Below, in pieces: positions 52,463-64,000 of a DNA stretch of 64,000 nucleotides (its first letter is position 1; the number at the start of each line of letters is the position of its first letter). The DNA is from Marsupella aquatica. Taxonomy: Eukaryota; Plantae; Marchantiophyta. The stretch lies in assembly GCA_973895155.1 (NCBI GenBank), contig OZ316894.1, positions 4,798,944 through 4,862,943 of the forward strand, written 5' to 3'. The translations under genes and the position numbers were made by a program. The notes below the pieces were generated by a model. It was not told the DNA's origin, searched no databases, and saw only the letters and a program-made list of their open reading frames with translations.

Positions 52463-53530
52463 CGCAGGGACACTCTTGCTCTCACATACAGTAGACAGTT
52501 TTCTTGGCACTTCTCTCACATTCAAATTCTCCTTTGATGAGGCTGACTCGGGCTCCATAACTTACCCTCATACAACGCTTCCAATCATAACTCGAGCAAT
52601 CTTTTGGTCAATCAGTTCTTTTGTGCTGCCTATCAAGAGGTATTCCTGTTCAATTGCTTTGTCTCTTTGATCTTATATCAAATCACAAATCCAAATTATG
52701 CAAATCTCCCTTGAAAGGTGTGGCTGTCACTCCTCGATCTTAAGCTATTGGCATTTTGTACTCTTGACACCTTACGGGATCTCATGAGTTTCAATTTCAT
52801 GCATCGCCTGCTGAGTTTTCCCTTGGGCTGATCTTTGGTCAAAATTTTTGCTGGGTAGCTTTGCTGGAGACACAAACTGTGCGCTTTCATAACCAGATAT
52901 TCATTATTTACAAGCTGTCCAGTCCTAGTTGTTCATATGTCTTCCAAACAAAGGTCACAATGTGTTTGCAGATTGTCCATCCCTCACTCCCAGACCTTTT
53001 CCTGAATTATACAGAGTTTGTTATGATAGGTTGACCATTGAAATTATGTGATTATTGCAACCTTCCTAGGGCTTCTTCTGACTTCCAGCCCTCTTCAAAT
53101 TTTGAGGTCAGAGACCTTCACAATTTTTGTATGGATCTCATCAAAAGACTGAATACCATTTCAGTTGCTGAATTCTTGACTTTTGGTGAGGACGGATCAT
53201 CCAGCTAGTCTGGTCATTGTCTTGGTTGAGGGAACTGTGTTTCCACTAGTTGGAGATTGATGAAACAGTTCTGAACTTCTGCCATTATGATGCAGACCTC
53301 AGTTGTCAGTTGGCACTTGGATTTCTAGTTGCAACCTGCAGGGTCCTCATCTAGATTTAACACCATATGTGAAGATGAGGAGTTTGGCTCCCACATTTGC
53401 CCGTCAATGCTATAAAATATGCAGGCAGAATTATCCTTTTTGCATGAATGTCAAGACTCGACAGCTGCCTGACTAGGAGAATTGCTGGCAGTTACTCTTG
53501 ATTCTCAAAAAGGAGTCCTTGCTTTCTCTG

Positions 53531-56500
53531 ATGCGCACTGAGGAAGACGGTGCTTGTGACATGGGAAAAAGTTATGGTAATATCTTCTTCTCAAACTCAA
53601 TGGACGCCTTCACATCAACTGTCCAGTCAACCAAGCTAATGTTCCTTTCCCTGTCAAGCCATGAGAAGGGAAATTGCCTTACCATTTTGCCACATTTTTG
53701 TACTGAGTTCTGCTTGAATGTCCTATGTTAACTGTGATTATGTTGCAAATGGCTCCCACACCTCTAGCTCGGTCACTTTGATTAGTTGACTGCAGCAACG
53801 TGATCATTTTGTCAACTTACTGCCTAAGAACAAGAAACTTATTTTGAAGGCTGGCCAAAATTGTTTGTTAGTTTTAAGCTTTGACCTATTGCCATCTTGT
53901 GAGAGTCTTGCCTCTGGCCTGTTAAAGTGACCATTCTGCAAATGGCTTCCGGGTGAATAAGCCCTAAACACATTGTGATGTTGATGTTCTTTGGTGGTCT
54001 TATTGTCAAGCGGATAAGTTGCATTTTGTGAGGGGTTTCTAAGCTCATTTATTGAATGAAATATTTTTAAGAAGGGGGGAGGGAATCAAGCCTTTAGCTC
54101 ACACCAGGAAAATTGTTTGAGAGGGAAGGAAAGGTGTCCGAACAATATCCAACGATTTTGTCTCAATATGGGAGCCAAAAAGGGGGTGTGAATGGCATTC
54201 GGTTTCGGCCCAATATGAAACATTTGATCTCGGGAGGAAGCGACAGTATTGTGTACTTATGGAGTATGCACTGCCGTCCAAATTTACGCCACCCAAATGT
54301 ACGCCCATATCGCTACGTTGGACACCAAGTAAGTTGTCTGTGTCAAAGCTTCTCCTCTCAATTCAGTTATGCTTGGTTTTATACTTTGAACATGGTTTCT
54401 TACGCATTGTTATCATTCCTTGACAGAACTGTCCAAAATCCTGGTCACCTAGACCATGCATATCTCACCACTGCAGCATCTCTTTTATCTAGCTCTCTAC
54501 CTAGCTCACTCATTGAAAGCAAACATACTGCTTTTTCCAAAATCTGTTGCTATTTTTGCTATCATTCATGCCAACTGAGCTGCTAGTTGAAGTGTCTGGC
54601 TTGGTTATTGAGATTCTTGTGCGTTCAAAATTGTTTGTGCTAATCATTCACTTATTCAAGCAACTGAAGGGAGTGATTGAGTTAGGAGCATGTGTTATAT
54701 GTGAGCAAGAAGTAGAAAAAATTGCTTCTCTTTGCTTCTCTGGAATTATGTCTGTCCAAACAGACTAGTAGACAGTGTCAAGGAATGTAGGTTGGAGCAA
54801 AATCAAAGTACTTCTCATAAAAAATCAACAAACTAGCCAAGAGTACAATATCTTTCATCTTTTGATCATAGACACAACCATGATTGCTTGAAATAGCTTA
54901 ATGCTCTGCTCAATTTTGGAAAGGTCCTTTCTCTGATAGGGTATCTAAGTAGAAAGGTCCTGTGTCCTTGGCTCCTTTTCACAGGGGCCAGTATACGCAG
55001 TGGCTGTGTCCCCGTGGGATAATCTTGTCGCATCTGGTTCAAAAGACAAGTCCATCCGATTATGGATCCCCTCTGTGTATGTATGAGATCTAGATCTTTA
55101 CAACTTATGATCAACTCCTCAGTCTTTTGAGAGTAAACTGCTTTCAAAGTTTTATATAAGCTTCCGAATAAGAAATCTAACCAACAACAGTTCATAAGCA
55201 AGTTAATTTTCAGTTCTTCTAAGTTCGAACAACTATCAATGAACAATCAAGTGAGTGATTTTTGCAATTTGAAGCTTTGGGTCAAATTAGTCCTTCTTCC
55301 TAACAAACTTTAAACTCAATTAGGGAAGGAAAATCGACCGCTATCAAGGGCCACACTGGACCAGTGCGGACCGTCAACTTTAGCCATGATGGACAATGGA
55401 TTCTCTCGGGTTCAGATGACAAAACAATGAAGGTAGGCACTCTCAAAGTCCATATATAAGAAAAAATGGTAGCCTCCAACAAATAAACTACCACGATGCA
55501 CAAATCATGACCAGTGATTGATGACTTGTACTTTGTTTAAGGCCTGGTTTATGCAGAAACATTATTTCCATGCAGCATATAGTTACTGGAGCACGGGATA
55601 AGTTGGTTGCTTGTTCTGCAGGTTTGGCAGGTGTCAAACCACAAATTCATTTGTGCTCTAAGTGGACATATGAATTGGGTCCGTTCAGCTGAGTTCAATG
55701 GAAATGCAAGGTGAACACATATTTTTCCTGGTGGTAACTCTAGATTCTTCCTCTTTTTAGGTGAAACTAGATCCCAAAACAATTTGCTGGTTGTTTGTGA
55801 TGTCTACTGTGAGCTACTTGGAGAGGGCACTCGATTAGAAAGACAAGTGAATATATCAACTTTGAAATTGTCTTGTCTGATAAAGACATTAATAACACCA
55901 AATTTTCTATTACTGGAATCCTTGGTCCCTCTCGTCAAGAGAACATCATTATCTAGTTTGGGCATGCATGCCTCATGAAAATTCATGGCCCTTATGTAGA
56001 TGCCTAATTTCAATGCAGGCAGGTGGTTTCAGGCAGCGATGACAGAACTGTGCGGCTATGGGATATTGAGAGTCGACAATGCATCACACAATTTCCTGAT
56101 GTGCTAGGGTAATATTCTATAGCTTTCTCCTCAAACACTTAATAATACAATATTTAAAGATTTATAACCATTTCCCCTATTTTGTTTTGCCAATGAAGCT
56201 ACTTTACTAGAAGGAAAATATGTGATTATATATCAAACCAACTTTCAGGTCTTGCTGAGAAAATTTCTTGACAAAACCTTTGTCGATAGAAGAAATATTT
56301 GTTTTGGTTACAAACTTTGGCTTTTGACTGAAAGGTTTTTTTGGCATGCTGAAAGCTTATTCTATGTTTGTGTTGATTGCCCTTCCTAAAGTGAGGTGTA
56401 CAGCACAAGATTTCATCCAGACAATAACTGTATCGCGAGTGGAAGCTCTGACCAATGTGTTCAGGTGCCAACCCAAACAGCCACTCATAATTTAGGGAAA

Positions 56501-59500
56501 GTGCTTATTGTGATTAGTACCGTATGTTTTGAGAAGGAGAATGAATTATCTACTTTAAGCTCAAGTTCACCAAATAGAAAACCAAGTAGATATATAAGCA
56601 TTGCAGCAACAATCTTTTGCTTTCAACATCAATTAAAATTGGAGTTGGATCATTGACAATGTGTCAGATGTGGGATATCCGAAGCAAGAGCCTGATTCAA
56701 CATTACGCCGCAAATGCAGGAGCTGTTCATTCAGTTTGCTTTCACCCAGCTGGAAACTACCTTCTCTCTAGCTGTCAGGATGCGACACTCAAGGTAAAGA
56801 GCCTAACCAATTGGTCCCTAAGTAGTGAATTTTTGTCACAACACAAAGTGAATGAGTCTGGACACTTTTTTTCCTCCTGGATTGATCTTGTCTTAAAGCA
56901 CATGCAGGTTTATTTGGGCAAGAATATTCAAAGTAGATGACCTAAGGTGCCAACAGTCATTGACATGGAATTATTTTGGTCTTGCCGGCAGGCTCAATCT
57001 GAGTAAACATAGAATGGCTGGTTCCACCAATAATGCCCCGCTCCCGTTCCCCGTTGCAGATTTGGGACCTGCGAGAAGGACAAATTTTGTACACCTTGCA
57101 AGGCCACGATGGATGCACTAGATCAGCTGAGTTTTCTCCTACGGGGGAATTCTTTGCATCTGGAAGTGCCGATGAGCATGTAAGTTGCACACTTTGTAAT
57201 CAGCTCAATTTGAAAATCAATAACTTGCTGTCTCTTCTATAAAAGTATTCCTATATTATGAATCGCTCGATGAAAGTAACTTAAAAAAGATTAACAAATT
57301 GAAACGATATAAACACGTCAACAACATTTTTTTAGGAACCGACTGACATCCTTAGACTACCATCATATTATTACAGGTGGTGCTATGGAGGACAAACGTT
57401 GATCTTAGTGGTGGACAATCAGGTAAAGAAAAGTCCTGAATGATAGCATGCGGAAAAATTTAGATACTCTTTCATAGAATTTAGCCATTTGAATCGCACA
57501 ACTTTCCATTTCCTAGGTTTCTTGATTGCAGGCCTATTTAATAGCTACAAGGGCTTTGAGATACTGATGAATTTTAAACAAATGATGGCTGCTACTTCTG
57601 TGTTGGGATCCTAATATTTCTGCCTGCTGGACCTTAAAACTTGAGTGGTTTTGCTGCAGCTGATTTGCGCGCAGTAGTGAGAAAGGATGAAGTGGGACAT
57701 GCCTTGTGTAGTGCATGTAATTGTGTCTGTACGAGTGCCATGCAAGAAATCCCATCGAATGAAGGGGCTGACACCAACAGTGGGAAACAACCCCCTTCTC
57801 CTTGTAAACTGATGAGCCCTCGTCCACCAACCCCACTAAAAAAACACAATGCAGATTCAACTGACACTAGTGAAGATGAGGTCATTGTAGAAGATGATCG
57901 CACCAAAAACATCACAGTAAAACCTCTCCCTTACCTATTTACCATGCTGGAGAAAGAAACTTTTGTAATGTTGATAAATACTACCAAGACTAGCTCTTTT
58001 GTCGTCCTTTCATAACTCTTACAATGATCACCACCAAAAAAATATTTTCTGATTCAAGTTGTCGCTCAATGTCATGATTTCTTCCACAATTTGTTAATTG
58101 TTAATGATAAACTGGTCGGTGAAAGCAAAACCATAAAAGAAAACAAGATATGAGTATCCTAGCAAACAAGAAGCGCAACTTTTTGTCAACAAGCTTGAAG
58201 GACTGGAGTTTCAAACTTATCAAGAAGAACTCGCGTTGATGCACATCTCCTCCGGCAAACGAAATTGCTCTAACGTGAGGAAGATAGTTGAAGACTGAAA
58301 CTTTGCGGCATCTGCATAAAAATCACCAGGATACCCTCCTTTTAACAGTTTGTAATAAAAAGAGTGTCTTGGCTCTGTTGTAGGTAAATATTCATGAGCA
58401 CCATCCGAAGATTGAGGTACCAAAGTGCAATGCCTTTGAGAAAGTGGATCAGATTCTTCGCCATGCTGAAGCTTTTGACGTGGAAACTGGGACAACAGTC
58501 TCTTATGAAGGTGAGGGCCCGAACAATGATTATAAAGATCAAAGTCCTGAACTTGGACAGAAGAAGGATGTTACTCCAGTGGGAGACATGAATGAGATAT
58601 CAAGCACAATGAAGGTATAACTGATGGTTTCCACAACTGCCGCTATTTTCCATGTGCATCATCTTGGCTTTCACATCTGCTTTGCCGATGTTGTGGTCGT
58701 GCTTATTCATTATCATTGCAAAGTCAAGCGTTTGTGCTGAGCGGGGTGCTCAATGACAACAAACCAATGCAATTCCCCTATATTGGTACCTCCAGCATAA
58801 CTATAGATTTGAATGTCTTGCTGTCCACCTTCCCAACAATTATCCTTTAGTAGCATTCGTTGCTTATAGACAAGTAGCTAAATTGGATGTGCATTGCAGC
58901 AAATCTGCTATCAGCTCGATGTGTTGACACGAACTGTCGCTCTGTTTGAGGAGCGGCTGTCTCACTCCGAGAACAAGGTAAATACTACCGTGCCTTGTCA
59001 TCTGGTGATCATTTGTGTCATTTACTCAGAAACATGCAAGGCAGTCCTTCATAGCAATTGCTGACCTTTCACATGCTAAAAGTTTGGGTGACCATGGGTT
59101 TGATGAGATGCTTCCTAAAACATTCTGCCAGTCACATCTTGGTCAATGGTGGCTTGTTGTTCATGGATTAGGTCTGCTCTCTTAATGCATCAATTTAATT
59201 TCAATAGTAGGGGCAATAGAGGAAGAAACATCTCATAATGTAGGTCAATCACATCTTTCTCAACACTGGATGTTTCTCAACAAAGATAAATCAGGTTGCC
59301 TCCACCCTATGCCCACTTTGCCTGTTTCTCCAAAGTTCTCCTTCACTTGTTCCCAAAACCCAAAATCCAACAAAGAAAATGTTCAGTGGGATTGGTTGCA
59401 CCGATGAATACAATTGACATTTTGTGGTCCACTACCCTTCTAACAGGGAATCCAATGAGCATTTTAAAGAAACCACTTGAAGATCAGTGTTGAGAAAGAT

Positions 59501-59668
59501 AGGAATGACCTTTGCCATGAGGCAACCTGATCGATCGGTTATCTGCCCACATGTGCGATATTGTAGATGCTGCGTTTGGAGAGGCATTTTGGTGATGATA
59601 CTAGTAGTACCATATCGACAATTGATGTAGGCAAACATGGCAAGCACAAACATCACCGATCAAGTTGA
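53531..59668 (+). CDS. POC1: POC1 centriolar protein (seven WD40 repeats plus C-terminal Poc1 coiled coil), 14 exons, about 559 aa
   Basis: Exons 53531-53576 (less certain), 54108-54328, 54985-55076, 55324-55432, 55622-55710, 56019-56108, 56392-56464, 56668-56793, 57060-57179, 57377-57422, 57660-57916, 58384-58614, 58900-58977, 59567-59668 (1680 nt, in frame). POC1-diagnostic segments RPYRYVGH, ASGSKDKSIRLWIPS, GHTGPVRTVNFS, GHMNWVRSAEF, WDIRSKSLIQHY, FHPAGNYLLS, WDLREGQILYTLQGH, FASGSADEHVVLWRTN and the coiled coil QICYQLDVLTRTVALFEERLSHSENK. Confidence 0.9.
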
Positions 59669-62221
59669 CTCAGCAAAGGAGACCTGCACTGGTGCATGAA
59701 AAACAAGTTTGCTAGCCAGTGGCAGAACTTGTATTTCTTTTTTGAGACTAAAGACACTGAGTATCATAGGCAAATCTGAATGATTTTGTTCATTTCTGAA
59801 GTCTGTGTCATAGTACTGGACAAAGGATGGACAACATTCATATATATTCTTTGTGAGTTGGCTGACAGGGCAGGTTAAAAACTATTCCACATAGTCTTCT
59901 TGGGTTTGTGAGACTGATACAGAATGTACATTGCCTAAACATACACAATGTATGGAAACCATAAAAGAAAACAAGATTCAAAAAGTAGATATTTCCATGA
60001 AAGGACACCCATTCTATGAGGCAACCTGATAGATTGATTACCTTCATGCCTGTGCTTGTCCTTTCATGAAACTACCTACCTTGCACCGGTTCTGCATGGT
60101 CCGGGTATAAGTGGGAATCCTTATTTGCCTATGGATCAAGGTCTCCTTTTTTCTTGACCATGAGATGCCCAAAACTTGCACCTTTTGCACACTGAAACCT
60201 GCCAGCTTAAACCTCTTGCACTGCATGATTGTCTCGGTTGCATGGACCTGCTGATTGCCATATAGCATACTCATCCTAGAACATTTGACACTGCTATATG
60301 GCCAATCTACCTTTCAGTATTTTGTCTTATTTAGATTTTTGTTGTTGTGTATTTTTATTTCAATGTGATTAACTAGGTGCATCCCTTGTATGATTTAAAT
60401 TTTGAATTTATATTTGTGCCTCCTTCATTATTTTAAACTTGGTTTATCCTAGAGCTCTTCTTTCTCATTTAGGTTCCAAAATTGTTCAACCAACCCCCAA
60501 TTGAGCCCTTTAACACATCTCATGGAATTCCTAGCACTTAGTCTCATGAGTGAGAAAGGATGATTCTAAACAAAGTCTTTAAGTTCTCCTGATGGTGGAA
60601 AGCCTTGTAGTTAAGAAACTATTGAAACCTAACCTTGTGAAAACAATGTGAAGTAAAGCATTGTTGCACACATTGCATTCTTTCCTCAGAATAGGACACA
60701 AGATTCTTTAGCCATGAAATTGAGTTAGTCAGGAAAATTCTATTTAAGTAGTCCAATATTGCCAACGTTCATTCAGAATTGAAAAAACTACTAATTTCCA
60801 AACATGATTGTTTTTTTTTTTCTGCACATTTAGTCAGGTGTAATATGTACCATGTGAGCAGAAAAGAAGGTTTCCCCTGCACCCCACCCCTGTTGCAAAA
60901 GCCCATCCGGGATTTTTGGTCCGGTTTGGAGGTTCGTTTGGGGCTCCAAATTTGATGATTCTCAATAAAGCGATGAGCTTTTTTAGTACCAAAAAACAAA
61001 CACACTGGTCACCGCAATCAGTGTTACTGACACTTATTCTTGTAAAGCAAAGTTTGGGTATAGTGATTAATTGCTGTTAACGGCAAAAATGCATGCATTT
61101 CACACAATTATTTTTTCCCCAATGGAAAGAAGGTGGGTGCCCTAAGTTCGGCATGAAGGCGTTGGCATGCATGAGATAGAGTAAAAAGCATTATTACCTT
61201 CAGATTATTATTAGCAACACTGATTTCTCCAGTCACACTAATCAGATGCTAACACTAATGCCGGTGAGGAGCGTAAATTGCTTTGAAGAGCAAAAATACA
61301 TTTTAATGCTTAACTTTTGGCCTAGTGTTGTTTACCACCGCATCAAGCAATTACGTGTACCACCCATATGCTATACAGGCAGTGACGTGTGGTAAAGCAC
61401 ACTGGAATTTCGCCGGCGAATGACTGATTGACTGACTGCCCGGATTCAAACTTCGCGTTCCCGGGCTGGATAGCGGGCAGGCGGGCAGCAACACGGGAAA
61501 TTTCCGTGCGTACAATCATCGGTACCTTACGTACTTGCGTACCCGGAGTTCCTCTACGAGATTGAGGGAGGCCTGCCCGATCGTGAAGGCAGGAATGACC
61601 GGTCCGTCCGTCCGTCCCTCTCCGTTCCAGCAGTGCCAGAACGAGTAGTGATACTTACTACTCTGCAGTAGTAGCCCGAGAGGGATTCCTTGGATTGTAC
61701 CGGTACGGCCGTCCGGTCACCCGAGCCCCCCTTCTGCCCGTATGCGGAGTGTGTGTACTTCCGCCTTCTCCTGCTGCCCCATGTGCCACTGCGAGGTGCT
61801 CTTTGTTCCTATCGTAACATACGGGAAAGGCACTCTTCTGCAGCATCCGGAATCCATTATTGGGGATCTCCATCACTCACGTCCGTCCCCGCCCGCCCGG
61901 CTGCCCGTCCCCTCCTCGTCAACTCGATCGCCATCGCCCGGGAACCACGAGGATCCCTTGCCTGCCCGCCGACTGCCCCTCAACTCGATCGACGTCCATT
62001 CTCACGGGCAGAGCGATCAACCACGACGTGTCTAGTTCTCTTGAGTAGTAGTTGCTCACACTCACTCATGTGGAGACCCTCCACTATGACCGTAGTTGAG
62101 TTATGGGCAGAATGGGTGCCCGGTCATGGGCTGCCACTAAACCACGACTACTCGCTTCTGCTGCCCTTGCCCGTAATCCCCCACTCTCGGACATGCGTGG
62201 TGGATAAATCAGTCATTCACA

Positions 62222-62253
62222 CTAGTAGCGTAAGTCCCGGGTCTTGCCGGGAC
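62222..62253 (-). mobile_element. Helitron 3' terminus
   Basis: The minus strand reads GTCCCGG-caagac-CCGGGAC, 8 nt, CTAG|T, which is the canonical hairpin plus CTRR end; the 5' end was not located. Confidence 0.6.
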
Positions 62254-64000
62254 ACTCTCCCCTTGTCCCTGCCCGGCCGTCTTTTCGGGCATGTCCACCT
62301 CGGGCGTAATTTTCGAGCCGGGAGCGGAGTGGGGTAGCGGGCCGCCTGCCCAACCCTAAAGCTACGAGCCTACATATTCCCCTCCGGTACTGAATAACGA
62401 ACAGTGGTACCGGACCATCATGCTGCCCTCACGGTTCGCTAACGGTGCTTTAAAAACCCTCGAGCGAGCGAATTGGGCCGACGCAAAGAAGTCAGCCCTA
62501 TGAGACTTTCCATAAATGTGAGCGTCACTCGCCGTCGAGATGGAATACCGGCAAACGTGACGACGGGCCGTCTCTAAATTTAGGCTTCTCTTAAATTAAT
62601 TGATGATTGACGGGCAGGGTTAATTAGCTGGAGACGAATCGCAATCGGCGGGTGACGGCGACGGGTCGTCGGATCGTAACTACGTTAACGGCGGTAGACG
62701 CTGCCCGACGCGGGCAGTGGGGGTAGTAGATAGACTTGAATGCCGGCTGCATGGCGGAAAATGACGGTCTGCGCAAAGACGGGCCGCCTCATTATTATTA
62801 CGAGGACGGGTGAAGGGCAGGAGGGAGAGCGACGGGGTCGCCTCCAAAAGCATCCAGCAATTTTCGTTCGCCAAAGCGGACAGATTTATTTCGTGCAATT
62901 GGGCCACCGGAATCGGTTCGTTGGACAGTGGCCTTATATATTACACGAATACACGAAGCGTCGACATATTTATTCGCTTTGTTGCCAATTCCATTAAATT
63001 GGACGGCGCTGCAAATGGGTTCTTTGATGAAGATTAGATGACCGACTAACTGACGGCTCTGCCAACGTGTACAGTGGATGCTACTGTAGAGAGCTCACAG
63101 TTGACGACGGAGCGCAGTTTGTTGGATTACCTGGTTGACGTAAAAAGCAGTAAACTATTGATGATTGTTTTGTGAAACATAGGAGAATATAGGGTCAAAC
63201 TGGACACAGAATCCCAAAAGGAAAAGGATCCATTCCAACAGAGCGACCAAGGGAGAAACTTCGTTAATCAGATAGAAAAATAAGACTACTGTAAGAGTCC
63301 CGAACAGCTGCAAAATGAACTCAAATCCTTCGAAATGGAAATAAATCATAACTTACTTGAAAATGTAGGGAGAGCTTGGAAGTCACAAGATAAAAAGCTG
63401 TAAATAAGAGCCCTTGGTTAACTCTCCCTGATTGGGTATTTTGCCTGCTAAATCATGCCTCCCTGTTGGAGCTTGTTAGTACATATTTAGTCCAGAGACC
63501 CTAAAGAATTTTAGTAATATCATGAGCATCTTGATGTAAACAATGAGTTTTCAGTGTATATAGTAGTCTTAAAACGAGAACTCTAAAACAAGAAAATCAT
63601 ATGTTTGTGTCACAGTCGACGGCGCAGCGCAGTTCTATGGATTACTGTAGGTGCCCCGTGTGAAGCAATCCAGTTTGGGCAGTAGAGGGCAGGGCTAGTT
63701 CGAATTGAGTCAGCGGGCGGGCGGGCGGGCGGGCTGGCAGGAAGGAAGAAATCGGATCTACGAACACTGTGAGTTTGTGAGCATTATGACCCAGGGCTGC
63801 CCAACCGGCCCAACGGGCAGGGCCGGGCAGGGCGGGGCCAGGCCTACGGGAGCATGCATCAGTGCTCTTGTAGTATGTGGATAAGATGACATGCCCTCCA
63901 GGTACCAGAACGGCGGCATTATCCCATGTAAATGGGGCAGCCTCGATGTTCTTGCAGCGAGCGCCTTCTTGGGCAGGTGTTACAAAAGAGAGGGAGCCGC

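Noticed and set aside
61690-62337. 215-aa ORF
   Set aside because: Non-ATG start, Pro/Arg/Ser-rich composition expected from GC-rich DNA, no recognisable domain, and it crosses a Helitron end.

Overview
Eukaryotic nuclear DNA from a land plant, most likely a non-seed plant such as a bryophyte or lycophyte (inferred from short GT-AG introns, compact genes, a plastid FtsZ2 and a centriolar POC1). I assembled four intron-containing genes by hand from splice sites: FtsZ2 (-, 4269-7539, 7 exons), a TMEM62/At3g03305-like membrane metallophosphoesterase (+, 19595-23547, 4 exons), the RED/IK-family splicing factor SMU2 (+, 27519-33540, 13 exons) and POC1 (+, 53531-59668, 14 exons). Intergenic DNA holds small mobile-element relics: two PIF/Harbinger MITEs with intact TIRs and TTA/TAA TSDs, two related solo LTRs, two copies of a tRNA-derived SINE, three 3' fragments of a CRE-like non-LTR retroelement and two Helitron-like 3' ends. 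It also holds many minisatellites and decayed gene fragments (WRN/WEX-type exonuclease, F-box). The most unusual signals are that all three CRE-like fragments abut or interrupt 54-60 bp tandem arrays, a strong local enrichment of CTGCCC/GGGCAG, a near-perfect 60-nt palindrome and a hidden spliced minus-strand gene remnant at about 13.9-16.6 kb. I found no CRISPR, rRNA or tRNA genes, and I cannot confidently claim a new biological system. No database searches were run; family calls rest on recognised motifs.
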